Assembly (NCBI RefSeq): GCF_025526975.1
Contig: NW_026515680.1
Coordinates: 496,001 to 560,000, forward strand
DNA length: 64,000 bases
DNA from: Fimicolochytrium jonesii
Lineage: Eukaryota
Reading direction: 5' to 3'
Made by a program: the position numbers and the translations under genes
In this document: in pieces, positions 27,108 through 40,040 of the stretch
Layout: each line of letters starts with the position of its first letter
How positions within the stretch are numbered: the first letter of the stretch is position 1
The notes under the pieces: model-generated
Seen by the model: only the letters and a program-made list of their open reading frames with translations
Database searches by the model: none
Told to the model about the DNA's origin: nothing

Positions 27108-28495
27108 CTAACCGCGCTTCTCAGCGACAGAAGAATGCGTCTCCAAGCCCGGCTGCGCTTGGGCACTCCCATCCGCCTTGTCGCCCGTCCCTGGCCTCTC
27201 TCCAGCGGCACCAACCGCGGGTGCCGGCGGAGTCATACCCATCTTGCGATGCTTTTCCCTCAACGAATCCACATCGACCTGATCAAAGATATCGACGCAC
27301 AGCCGTGCGGCTGCGCCTTGGGCGATTCCAAACGCCATTGGCCCGATCCATGGGATGGAGACGAGATACCAGAAGGGGAGTGTGAAACCGGCAATGAGCG
27401 CTTCGTTGCGATTGAACCAGGCTCGGCGCTGTGAGATGGAAACGGTCCGTTAGCAACCTTTTCGGAGGTATGCTTGAACGAGAATAGGCAACGCACCTGT
27501 GCATGCCCCATGCTGGACCGACACAGATATGGCTCAATCAATTCCCTCTCCAACGACCTGAACCCCCATATTCCGCGCAAAAGCGGCCCCTTCACAAATC
27601 GCCACCACGGGGGCGATATAACTCCCACTGCACATGTATACGCCGCACGCCTCCACCCTATCGCCATGCCCAGATAGAAGAACGTCGCTCCCGGCCATAT
27701 CAAGAGGCCCACGACGGGTATCAGAGAGATTATGTACAAGGCGCCCAGTAACATCAGTCGTTGAGCATAGCGGCGCAGATACGCGAGAAGTCGCAACGTC
27801 CACTTTTTCCTCCCGCCGATGATACCCAGTGTGGCTTGACTATACGATCTTAAATCTGCTGACGATGTGGATATCTTGCGATCCTCCTTTTCGTCCATCG
27901 TCCGCGCAAATCGCAATGCGAACCGCGCCTTACCATTCGGTATCGCCATCGTCAGTGTCAAACCCCGCAATGTTTCAAAGAACACCCGATCCAGCGGTTC
28001 CGGATAGATGTACCGAATCAGATACATTCCCGCATCCGGAGTCACTCTCACAAACCACCTCATGACGGCATCGAATGTATCCACCACCCAATTCAGCCAT
28101 CCGACGAGCCTTTCGCCGACAATCGGCCGGATAAGAATGTGCGCGAACCAGTGTATTATGCGGAGAGGTAGGAACGCGGCATGAGTGATTGTAACGAGAA
28201 TTAATGTGGCGAAAACGAGGTAGAAGAAGGCTCGGAAAAGAACGCTTCGTGCGCGTGGGGCGCGAAGAGTGAACGCTGACCCTTCGTATGCGAGGTGCAA
28301 GCCTTGCAAGACGGATTCGGTTGACCATGTGGCCAAGTGGGGTGGATTGAGGAGAGGTAGGGATGTGATGCGGTCGATAAGGGATTGCACTGGGGCGGGT
28401 AATGTTGGCCATGGAAAATTTATATCTGGTGCTGTTTCCGTAGGTGCTGTTTTGCTCTGCTTTTGCTCGAGCTCATGCTCCCCGACCGCTGCCAT
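27108..28495 (-). CDS. UsgS/EI24-like multi-pass membrane protein, one intron at ~27431-27496
   Basis: Several hydrophobic helices; RELIEPY..RRAWF..GF..IPWIGPMAFGIAQGAAA resembles fungal UsgS proteins. Confidence 0.7.
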
Positions 28496-28963
28496 TGTTG
28501 ATAGGCACCGTGGCTTGCGAATGAGACAGTCCTATGGCAGTGGTATCTCCACGTTACGCGAGCCGGGACTAGCACGCTCGCCCGGTCGTAAGACAGTCGC
28601 CGAACTCTGGCAATGCGGACACGCAAGAACTTCGGATATCGCACGCGAGAATGGATAAGGAGAGACCAGCGGGCGCAGCCGTCCACTCACTGCCTATGAG
28701 CAATCCTACGGTAAATTCTACATACACAGAGATAGTGATGCCTATCGACGTCTTGAGAAGGGAAGCGGGCTGAGAGCGAGACAGCCAAGGACCAAAGGCC
28801 CGCCTGCCTCCGTGACGTGGACAGTAGGGAGCACAAGCCACAGCGGCGCCACGTTGGGCGCCACACGTCTGGACTGCACTTTCCCAGCTCCTCTGCCAAA
28901 TCGCGTTGTGCTCGCTTTGGAACCCACAAACTGCAAAAACCGCCCCTTCGCAAACGTGCAAAC

Positions 28964-31146
28964 ATGACCGCTGACTCCACAACTGCGGCGACAGGCGGGT
29001 CTCCCCCTGCCCTCGACTCCAAAGTGGAGGTGCGACTAGACGATCGTCCTACTGGTGTTGCTCCCGTCAAAGCCGAATTCCGAAAAGGTAGACCAACCGG
29101 CAAAGTAGGCATCCTCCTAGCCCCTAAACCGGAAGTCGAAGACGCAGCAGAGGAAGACAAACTTTACAACGAAGGGAACTCGGAAGTCTCTGTGAAGCGC
29201 GAAAGAGACGAGGGCGCTGACGATGACGATAGCCCTGCGACGGCGGGCCCGCCTACTAAACGCGGACGAGGCCAAAACAAAAACAGAAGCAGGGCACCTA
29301 TCAAAGACGAGATCAAGCTTTGCAAAGAAATTGCAGCTGGGAACGAATGCTCGTTTGGCGTGAATTGCAAACACTCTCATGATGTAGAAGCGTATCTCGC
29401 CGCCAAGGGACCCGATTTGGGGACGGAGTGTCCCGTATACTCTCTGTTTGGGAAATGCAAGTACGGCTATAAATGCCGATTTGCAGGTGCACACATGACC
29501 CCCGACGGGAAGTTGACCGAGGACACAGCGAAAGTGGCAGCCGTCTCAGAAAAGGAGATTTTCAAAAACATAATCGATGTTGACTTTCAGCGGAAGTTCC
29601 GCGGCAGGAAATTGCAGACGCCGAAGTCCGACAGATATGCTCGGTTTGTCGAAGCTGCGAAAATATTGAGGGAATACAACGTAGCGTTCGAGGTGGCTCA
29701 GGGCCGGGAGCGAAAGGCTGCTGGGCTGGTGGAAACTATGCCAGAAGGGAACATCGGGGAAGGCGTTGGTAGCGATGTCGTCGACCTTACGTCTGAGCCT
29801 GCGGCCGTTGACCTTACGAATGAGCCGCCCGTCGAGGCGCTTCCGATAAATTACCCGAAGAAGAATGAAAAATATTTAAAAGCGGAGAAAGTCCTGGAGG
29901 AATTCGAATACGACCCTATCAGCCTAAGATTCAAATGCGATAGATCTCGTAAGAAGACAATCGATTTCCGCGGAAAGACGTACTTGGCGCCTCTGACTAC
30001 CGTCGGAAACCTCCCCTTCCGCCGCGTGTGCAAGGGCCTCGGTGTCGACATCACATGTGGCGAGATGGCGATGGCACAGAACCTGATGCAGGGACAAAGG
30101 CATGAATGGACGTTGACTCGTCGCCACGCGTCAGAAGACATCTTCGGTGTGCAGATTGCGGGCAACAGCGTGCAGATCATCACAAAAGCGTGTGAGGTCC
30201 TAAAAGACAGCGGCATGGAGATCGACTTTGTTGACCTCAACCTAGGGTGTCCCGTGGATGCTATCACTCGTATGGGAGCAGGAAGCGCTCTGATGGACAA
30301 CCGCGGTAAACTGCTCGACATCATCGGCGGCGCGCACTACACGTTGGACGATATACCCATCACCGTCAAGTTTCGCAATGGGATCTTTTCCAACAAGCCC
30401 ATCGCGCGGAAACTCGTTCCCAAATTCATCGAATGCGGCGCATCCCTCCTGACGCTGCACGGCCGCTCCAAAGAACAACGCTACACCAAACTAGCCGACT
30501 GGGACTACATCGCCCAATGCGCCGCGGATGCACGCAACACATGCGCCCAACTCAACATCCCCCAAGTCCCCTTCTTTGGCAACGGCGACGTACTCTCCTC
30601 GCAAGACTACTGGAACCACCTCGACCAAGCGAACATCGATGGTGCACTTATCGGCCGCGGCGCGCTCATCAAGCCATGGATCTTCACAGAAGTTAAGGAA
30701 CGCCGCGTATGGGATATTTCGTCCCGTGAGCGGCTGGATATCCTGAAAGACTTTGCAAAGTTCGGGCTGGAGTATTGGGGTTCGGACACGCAGGGCGTGA
30801 ACACTACCCGACGGTTCATGTGTGAATGGTTGTCGTTCCTCTACCGGTACATCCCTGTTGGGTTGCTGGAGGTACTCCCGCAGAGAATCAACGACCGTCC
30901 GCCGGCGTACTTTGGCCGTGATGAGTTAGAGACGCTGATGGCTAGTCCGAACTCGAAGGACTGGGTCAAGATATCCGAGATGTTGTTGGGCAAAGCTCCT
31001 GACTCGTTTTCTTTCATCCCAAAGTAAGTCTTCGTGCTGATCTGACTATCGGGTACCCGATTCTCATTCAACTGGCTTCCTTGGTTATCCTTCGTCTTTA
31101 CAGGCACAGATCGAACGCGTACGAGACCGACGACTTTGAAGGATAA
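28964..31146 (+). CDS. DUS3: tRNA-dihydrouridine(47) synthase
   Basis: Two CCCH fingers; LAPLTTVGNLPFRR; DLNLGCP; HGRSKEQRYTKLADWDYI; GRGALIKPWIF; the last exon gives PKHRSNAY. Confidence 0.97.
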
Positions 31147-31449
31147 GGCCGAAAAACATTCACATCCCGTCTAGAATCATCCCTCGAACACGTTAACTTA
31201 AACAGTTTACACTGTTGTACATACAATTCTTGTCTGCTCGGTTCACCAGCTTGTTTGCATCTCAGGCAATGAAGGACATCTGTCATGTACATTATATTGT
31301 CCTTTACACACAACCCGCTGTTCTCGCCCGCCTACATGCGTATCCATCGCGGTGTACAGAAGGGGTATCACACTGTCATACTGGCCTTTAAGCCCAGACT
31401 TCTATTCCAAGAACTGGTAGGGATTCACTTCCGAAGCACAATAAAGGTA

Positions 31450-33349
31450 TCACTCAGAAAGAATCTTGTCAATGCTCTCCTTGATAAACATCTTTTTATC
31501 GTCCATATTGGTGCCGAAATGGCTCTGCAGCTTCTCACGGATGGCTTTGGGTGTGAGTTCGTCCAGCTTACCATCTGCGATTGAGAGGTCAGAAAAATCC
31601 CGTCGTCCGCGCGTTACTTGACGTGAAAAGGGACAGTCTCTCTTACCATCCAGAATATCCTTAATGGCTTTTACGATGTCAGCATTGCTCGGCCCGCCCT
31701 CCTTCTCCGCAACCTTTTTCGTCTTCAGCGGCTTCTCATCCTCGCCCGCATCTTTCTCATTATCTTCCGCATCCGACGCTTCGTCCTCAGTCGTAATGAG
31801 TGCCGCTGATTTGATCTTGCTGCCCTTGCGCTTTGGCTGGAAGTGGCGGTGTTGTGTTTTCAGCACGAGAACGAAACTGTTCGCTCTGTGTAGAAGCCGT
31901 GATGGGTTACCTTCGTAGCAGGTTTCTTCAACTCTTCCAGCTTATCCTCATAGGATTTTTTCTCCTTCTCGCTCAGGGCTTCGTAGAGCTGCTCCAGCTT
32001 CGCCTCCAGCTTCTCACCCTCCTCCAGTTTCTTCTCAACGTCTCCCGTCTTGTCCTTTGCGAACACTTCGAACGCAGATTTCGGTTTTGGTTTCGGGCCC
32101 CGCTTTTTGGGCTCCTTGGGTGTGGCAATCGTTCGTTTCGTGTACTTTCGCTTCTTTGGTTCCGGGGAACCCTCGTCATCTTCATCCTCATCCCCTTCAA
32201 CCTCATCTTCGTCCTCGTCATCCTCCGTCTCTGCTTTTGCCTTCTTGCCCTTCTTCTGTGGTGTCTTGCTTGCCTTTCCGATGCTGTTGCGTTTCTAGAA
32301 GGGGATAAACGACATATTGAGCGCTTCTTTTTCGGCCCATTGATTCTTTCCGAAGTATGGTCGTACGTACCCTTTTTCCTTCCTTGATCCCATCCTCCGA
32401 CGGGCTCTGCAGGAATTTGAAAATCCGGTCGATTACGACGTCCTGCACAAAGGTGTGAGTAGAAAGCTTCGTGTATCGCGTCTTGCGAGGTCCAGGCGAA
32501 CCTTTGCTCCTGCACTCTCCAGATGAAGTAGCGCCGCGAACTCCTTCAAGCCGTTCATCGTCCACTTCCCCAACTTCGCTAAAGCGGCATCATGTTCTTT
32601 CTGAGTATCGAGATGATTAGCCCAGATGTTCAAAAAGCACAGAAGCTCCTCTACATTGGACTCACGTCGGACTTGAAGTCAAATCCGTTGAACTTCAAGA
32701 TATCCGCCTTCATATGCTTGTGCTGGTGTCAGCCGGAGTCAACGTATATGTGAGATTCTTCCCCGATTCAAGTGATTTGCGTCAGCAAGAGCGTGCATAC
32801 CTGCGCCCTTCCCCAAATGAGGGTGTGGAATCCGTGCAGCAAATCATCGGCCGTTGAAACTTTTGCTATGGATTCGGCAACTAGGAAAGGTGGATACGCA
32901 TCATCAGTAAGAGAGAACGCCATGTAAGTTTGAGAATCTCATCACTCACTCGGCTTGATGTCCTTCAACGGCGTGCCAGATCCCTAACAAACATCAAACA
33001 AGGGTCAGCTCATAAATTCCCTACAGTTCTTGCTGCTGCATTTCCCACCAACCTCCGGGATCGTGATAGTCCTGCTCTGCTTGACCGGTGTGGCTACCGT
33101 GTAGTGTTCCACCTGCTTCCGGTCTCTTTTCACGCGTCCTCCTTCGACCGCGTCCGCCTCTGCTGCGGGGTCCTTGGCATCGTCCGACTTTACTTGCAGT
33201 TTTCGGCCGCGTTTTTTCGGCTCGGGTTTCTGTGATGCAGCCTCTGCATCTTCTCCTTCTTCGGCGCTAACTCCTGCCGTTTTGACTGCCTGGGGTTTAA
33301 CCTCCTCCGCTTTAACATCCGACGTTACTTTGGCTCCCTGGTCGCTCAT
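31450..33349 (-). CDS. DEK-like chromatin protein with C-terminal DEK_C domain, multi-exon
   Basis: KRDRKQVEHY, GSGTPLKDI, ILKFNGF, LKEFAALLHL, RIFKFLQSP; acidic/basic linker; C-terminal IVKAIKDIL..LTPKAIREKLQSHFG..KKMFIKE. Confidence 0.82.
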
Positions 33350-34080
33350 CTTGGAAGGGTGAGCAAAACTGACGATTAGCCACTCCTTGTAGAGTGTGGC
33401 TTTCAACAAGCTGCCATTCCTTACCTTGAACTTCGATCGGCCGCAAAGCGCTGAAGTCGCCCACAGAACGGTAGTGGATTCTGGCCCCTGGGCAGTGGCC
33501 GGGGGAATGGGCTTATGCGGCTGTAAACTCGCAAGATCCTGGGGAAATCGAAAAGTAGGAGCCAAAGGACCCTTCCCAAGTTCCGCCTTCGGACATCCAT
33601 GTCCAAGTGCGGCTTGACTTGCCAACGCGTTATAAAACCCAAGTCGGCCATGGTTTCGACAGTACTCAACACCATGAATATATCCGTGACCTCCACACTG
33701 GGGCGAGTGGACGCTTCGAGCGAACAAGCTTTGTCAACAGAACCTCTGTTTACTTCGCACAAACCTCGACAAGTACCATCGTCGTGGGATTTGCGTAAGT
33801 TAAGTTTACCTCCCTCCTTTACAAAATCTAGACCGTGCTAATGACGTCTTTTTCGGGTCCCTAAACTCTTTTGGTTCAAATGTCGTCACCAGGAACCCTG
33901 CCCTTGTGAGAAAGGAACAGATAGTGAGAAGCATTCGGAAGGAAGCTCTATAAAATGAGCAACAAGTTCTTCACAACCCAAGTTGGTTCTGCATACCGGT
34001 TACTGCGAGAACATTTCAGATCCACCTATCGTTCGCAAAACAATATCCATAACTAAAAACGTCCTCTCCTCACCACCAAA

Positions 34081-35303
34081 ATGTCTTCCGAAAACCCCCC
34101 TTCCTATGAACCCAACCGCCGCTTCGTCTCGAACTTTGACGCCAAGAACCCGCAACATACCGCGGACTACAACGTCGGTCCCGCTGGAGCGCAGAGCTTC
34201 TACCCATCGGCGAACGAATACGTGCCCCCGACTGCCGAACCCTCGCAGGCCCACACCAGCTACCCCAACGTTGGCAACAGCACCAGCTACCCCAACGCTG
34301 TTGAACAGCACAATGGCAACTACCCGACCGCCCCGCCCGTCTCGAGCGCGCCGCTGCCTACTCCGCAGCAGCAAAGTACATACAATGTCCCGACTACAGT
34401 GCCCGCGACGCAGGCTGTGGTGTATGGAGAGACTGTGAATGTGAGTAATGCATATCTTCGTATTTCCATTAGGTTTCAGATGTTAACTCTCGTTTTGCCT
34501 TCGCCAGCTCCATTTCTACCGTGAAGGGTATGTCTGGCAAATCACATTACACTATCCTTTACTTTTCCTAGCTCCCCTCTTGACGAGCTCCATGCATTTT
34601 TAGATGGGTATCCCGCGACTGCCGTATCCTAGCTGGTGACAAGAAGAACATGGCGTACCATATCGAGGTAAGTTTTCGCTGCTCCGAAATCGTTACGACA
34701 AACCAGCCTAAACACGCTGTCGCTTTTTTTCCTTTCTCCAAAATTGACAGTATCCATACAGCTTTTTTGGCAGCTGGCATGTGAATATGCGCCGAAGCGG
34801 CCCGAAAGGTCCCACCATATTCTTGATCAAGAAGTCTGCGATTGGATCCGATTTCACCATTGAGGATCCCGTCAACACGAACCAGAGGGTTAAGCTGATC
34901 CGCTCTGGGGGTGTGATTGGGAAAAGGAAGCATGGTAGGTCTATGGTTCGCTACGTTCTTTAAAGATGTTCGGCGCTTTGGTAATTTTATTTCCTCTAGC
35001 TTTTATGGGTTCTGATGGCAAGCAGTATGCTTGGAAAGGGAACAATTTGGGGTAATAATTGCCATCACGAGGACTTCTTCAGTAGGAAAGACACTGACCG
35101 CATTGTTCTATTGTCTTGCTTTCAGTGGCGATCTCAAGCTCGTCTGCTACCCTCAGAAGACAGTTGCCGCGTTCTTCAATCGTACGAAGCACGCTTGGGC
35201 GAAAGAAGGTCGCTTGGAAATCTTGCCCTCCGGCCAGCACATCATGGATCTTATCGTAGCGACAGGGTTCTGTGTGGAGGAGTGGGAGCGCCAAAACCGT
35301 TAG
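34081..35303 (+). CDS. Pro-rich N-terminus plus tubby-C-like/DUF6593-like domain, multi-exon
   Basis: Spliced reading ..KHAFMGSDGKQYAWKG..DLKLV..VAAFFNR..GRLEI..MDLIVATG. Confidence 0.6.
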
Positions 35304-35635
35304 TAGGTGTTCAGTGTCCACCCGGTAGGGTAGTAGCTTTTGGGGGTTGTGATAGGATCGCCGGCTTTCTTTGTATGTAGCTGGTGCATGTCGTAATAAA
35401 AAATGCATGCGAAACTTGCTCCTGATTAGCACTAGCTGTTAAGATATCCTTGAGCGAGCAGTTTGTCGATGGGAAGAGGACAATCGAATTGCTTTGTGGG
35501 CATCCTCCACGGGGCATGTCCAAGAAAAGTTCTCCCCGTTAGTTCCCGGGCGGTGTGAAACAACACATTTGCTCTATTTGCAAAAACTGCGAGTCTAAGG
35601 TATATGCTATTCAATCTACGCCCTATGACCTCACT

Positions 35636-36858
35636 CTACAACGCCTTTGTGAAAGGCTTCCCAGGTGTCTGAAGCCAGTTGTCCGCAGGGTAATCGGCAG
35701 CTCCATCAATGATATGGAAGGTATAAATCCATCGGCTCTTGTCAGACCGATTTGCCGTGGACTCATGCAGCACCGATCCGTGGATCTAAAACAAGAATGT
35801 GGTTAGTTCCGCTCGTTCGGAAATCCGAGATCCGGGAAATCTGATCCCCGCTCCTTCGCAACTTACCAAGACAAGGGTACCAACAGGCGTTGGCTCGCAC
35901 ACATATTCATCCTCCGACGGCAGGGATACTTCTTTGTTATCGAGATTCACAAAATCCGTTCCGCCGCCCTCCTTTCGCACGAACCGCTTGTGTACAGGTA
36001 CGCCTGGATAAATGAGGTGCATCAGCTGCAGGCTCCAATCGGCGGTGTTCGGGGAAGCAATCGAAAGAGCCTACGCTTATGGGATCCTGGGGCAAAATAC
36101 ATGCACCCGTTTTCTGGGTTGCAATCCTCTAACGCAAACCACAGTCCAGTCGCAGATAACGGTTGTGTGTACAGGAAGGTGGAATCCTGGTGCGGGGGCA
36201 CCTTTCCACCGATTTTGGGTTGCTGCATATGGATGGTGAGGCGATACATAACGGAGGCTTACTCAAAACACATTCGACGTACCTTGAAAATCATCATGCT
36301 TTGCAGGATGCGTGGATCCTTGTAACCTAGACTGCGGACAACACCTTGAACTTCAGGTCGGGAGGAGAATGCCTTAAATGCCGGTTCAAGCTCATGCAGG
36401 CCTAAATAAGGGCATGTTGTGTCAGTTCAAACGGCATTCGCAAGGAGGCGCATCGAACAGCACCCAGCACCCACCATGTCCAATCTTGTTGATCGCTCGC
36501 GTTTTGTCTACAAGCAGGTTTCCGTCCTTGTCGAAAGCATCCTCTATTCAAGGCCAGCAGGTCAGAACCGTGACCTCCCAGTTCTGTCCTCCCAATGTCC
36601 ACGTATCTCACCCTCAAAGAAAAATCGAACTTTGTCCCCGCTGCTCAGAAAGTAGTCGTCCCCAACATGTGCAGACGTCTCTCCTGTTGAAAATTTGGTT
36701 CTGGGATGGCTGTCCAAATCCATCTCCTTGAGCAGGACTGCCGCTCTGTCCCGCAAGATCTGGGCATCCTTCGGCGGGAAGAAGTTCGGTAACACTAGAT
36801 AACCATTGTCGTCGAAAGCCTTTTTCTGTTCTGGGGATAGACCATGTGCTTCGACCAT
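35636..36858 (-). CDS. PHYHD1: Phytanoyl-CoA dioxygenase family protein (PhyH)
   Basis: [69 protein letters not shown]. Confidence 0.92.
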
Positions 36859-37629
36859 ACTGTGCGTATGTAAGTAAGTACTTCGGGGATGATGAATATG
36901 TTGTTTCTCACTCGCCTCACTCTTCTGGACGGCCGGGAAATCATGTTACAGTATTTTACCCCATGCGTTGGCGACGTACGGCCGCTCTAATGACTCTCCA
37001 GCCGTGCAATTGGACGCGATCGTCATGGATCACCCACCCACCACCTGTAACGGGGTTTGACATATATTCACAGCAATCTCAGGCCTCCCCCAGCCGTACT
37101 CGATTCTTCGCATCATCATCGTTGTAGAAATGGGCTGGAGAGGAAGCAGAAACCCCACGGCCCGTATGCCACATGTGTACTGTACATTTATGTGGGGAAG
37201 GACAGCTAGGGTTGAATTCGAAACCGCCAGAAATGATTTGATGCGGATCTTGGAAGCTTCGGAGGGTCCCGGATGGTTCTTTCGAGGGTCGGTCTGTGGT
37301 ATGGGCCCATACGTGGATCCCAAGACGATCGTGCAATTTACCAAAACCCCCCTCTCCGAGTCGCCGTGACCTGGTTTGTGCAAAAACGCACAATCTTGAA
37401 GATCAAGTTGCCGTTGAATGTTGAACGCGCTGGCCGCTCTCTCCATACAGAAATATGTAAACCCGCCGCAGAGACGGACGGAGGCGTTCCTCCACTCCAC
37501 TCACAACCACACGCACCTCCATTCGCTCTATTCATCACCGATCTACTGTATACAGCATCAATTCAGTCAGTCGCCGCCGCATATAACGCCAGAGAGATTG
37601 GCACTCGTTCTCCACTGCTATCAAACAAC

Positions 37630-39507
37630 ATGCCTGTGGTAGTGGGCCAGCCCGCGTGGGAAGGAGGCGCTTCTAGTCCAGGCGCGCTATCAGCCAGCTT
37701 GGTTCTGCCAACAACGGACAGGGATGCAAGCTCAAGGAAGCGGCACTTATCTTGGAGCAACAACGGCGAGTATCCTCAGGCACCCCTGTCTATTCCGCAG
37801 AGAGTCGAGTCTAGAGGTACGAATTCCGCACACGATCATCAGCTGTAGATTTTGCGCCGCAACTCCTGCTCACAATTCCCACTGGCCCCGCTCAGATCCG
37901 TTGAACGCAAAGAGCTATGCGGAGCTGACACCTAGGGAGCTGACGATGCTGCAGCAGGCTGCGTTTGCGAGGTTGAACGCCATTTTCAAACATTACAAAA
38001 TGAAGCCCATGCCTGGGGCAATGCTGGACACAATAGCCGCAGAAACCACGGGCGGCACATCAAAGAGTAGCCGGAAGCTATTCTTCTGGAACAAATCCCG
38101 ATCGAAAGACGCTGATTATATCCCAAAGGAAAACGAAAGTATGTGGCCTTTGGACCGCTTCTCAGCCTTGAACTTATCTCACGGAGATTTCCTTACATCC
38201 TACAGCGCCTTCCATAACCAATACCTATCTAGTGAGATCGCTGGACACAGCTTCGGCTGCTCGAGACTCGAATCAACGGAATGGCAAAACTTTGCAAATT
38301 CCGGTGCTGATACACGAATGCGTTGCCTTTCTCCGGAGAAACGGTCTCCAAGCCACCGGTGTATTTCGCGTGAATGGTTCGGAGCGGCGCATGGGTCAGC
38401 TGTTCGCCTCGTTCAATACACCACCAGACTACGGCCGCGCAGAATCATTAGATGGATACTCTGTGTATGATGTCGCGGGGGTTCTGAAAAAGTACCTTCG
38501 GAGCATCCCCGAGCCACTGTTGACCAGAGAGCTCTATCCTCAATTCATCAAATGCCTGGATATTCCGGCGGAAGGAGGCACACGGATCCGGGCTTTCCGA
38601 TTGCTCATCATGCTACTGCCCGCGGCGCATCTGGTGTTATTGGAAACTCTCCTTGACCTGTTCAAGGAGATACTGGCAAATTCGAGTTATAACCAGATGA
38701 GCGCACACAGCATCGCTCGCATCATCAGTCCGAATATATTACGGCCACGGGAATCCAACTCGAAAAAGCAAGGGCTAGAAGAGTACGAACGCGGGACCTA
38801 TATTCTGGAATACTTGATCCAGAACGAACAGCATCTGAGGATAACCAACTGGAGCGTACAACCGTTCCAAATCCTTGACATAGGGTACTATCAGATCATT
38901 CCTCAGGAATCGATGGGAATCAGCACACTCCCGCGCCAGGGTAGCTCGGAGAGACTGCGCCAGAAGACGGAGCCTGCACGACGCAGCGCTCGAGATTTTG
39001 AGGTTGTGCTGCCAGGCCCCGAACTGGCAGACTATCCCACGCATCACGAGGATCAGGAAAATGTGGTAGCGTCAGGGACCCGGATACGGCGGGTCAAGAC
39101 TGTGCCATCGAAAAGGAGTCGAGCTACCCCAACAATAGGTTTGTTGATTTGTATATGTATACGTAATGCTTTTCCCCTTTGAACAGAAGGTCTTACGTGC
39201 AGTTATCTTACTAGATCCTGCACCAGTAGAACTCCCGCACACCGCGTCATCACAGTCCTTACAAGATCTCCAGCACTATCGACGGAAACACACGTATGCA
39301 TCTCACAAACTAGTGAAGCCAACACCCCCTCCCATAGAACCGCCCCAACTACAGCGGCGTGCAATGACGGTCGCGTCCACTCCGTCGAAATCTTCGTTGG
39401 GAAGTGCGTCACTCCGACGGCAAATCTTAGTTCCGCCCCGGATGGAAGAATGGGAGGTTGTCAACGCACAGCTGCTTGGTGCTGAGATCAAATCTCGGCG
39501 TTACTAA
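37630..39507 (+). CDS. RhoGAP-domain protein, multi-exon
   Basis: IPVLIHECVAFL..GVFRVNGS (arginine finger), DVAGVLKKYLRSIPEPLL, NQMSAHSIARIISPNIL. Confidence 0.92.
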
Positions 39508-39905
39508 AGTTAACCGCAAAAGTAATGGCCATCAATAGCATTTTACTGGGATACTGCCTGGGCAATGTAACCCCTAGCCTAAGAGGACTTCCCACATTTT
39601 GTTCACATGACGTGATCGTCTTCAACCATTGATTTTGTCGATATGGAATCTTCTGAATCACCTGCGCGGATGTCGAAGTAGATAAGTGCGCTGCGAAAAG
39701 CTTGAATCCAACAGTGCCCGGAGATCTCGTTAAGGGCTCCTATATCGTGGCTTTCTCAACGCAATCTGACGCCCGAAAGCGTACAGCACGAGAGTTGCCC
39801 GGAAGCGGAGTTTGGCAGCTCCAAGATTTGTACCAGAGCGCAGTCACGGGGGTAAATCAGGGCGTACTACGTAGTAAAGGTGTTCCGGAAGGCCGTGCAA
39901 TCCCT

Positions 39906-40019
39906 TGCAATTATTTCGAATAGTGACGGGCTCCGCTTTCCGAATTACAAGTTGCCTTCATCGGCGACGCCTCAGGCGGAGGTACAATGATGTGGATGGC
40001 AGATAACCACCACGGAAAA
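39906..40019 (-). ncRNA. Candidate omegaRNA of Fanzor locus 2: scaffold ~40019-39921, then a putative guide
   Basis: Begins about 20 nt after the stop. Possible pairings: TTTCCG/CGGAAA, GTGGTGG/CCATCCAC, CTCCGC/GCGGAG, CGCC-TGA-GGCG. Ends ..CACTA, with a possible TA target duplication. Confidence 0.5.
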
Positions 40020-40040
40020 TGGGATGGGGTGAAATCTAGA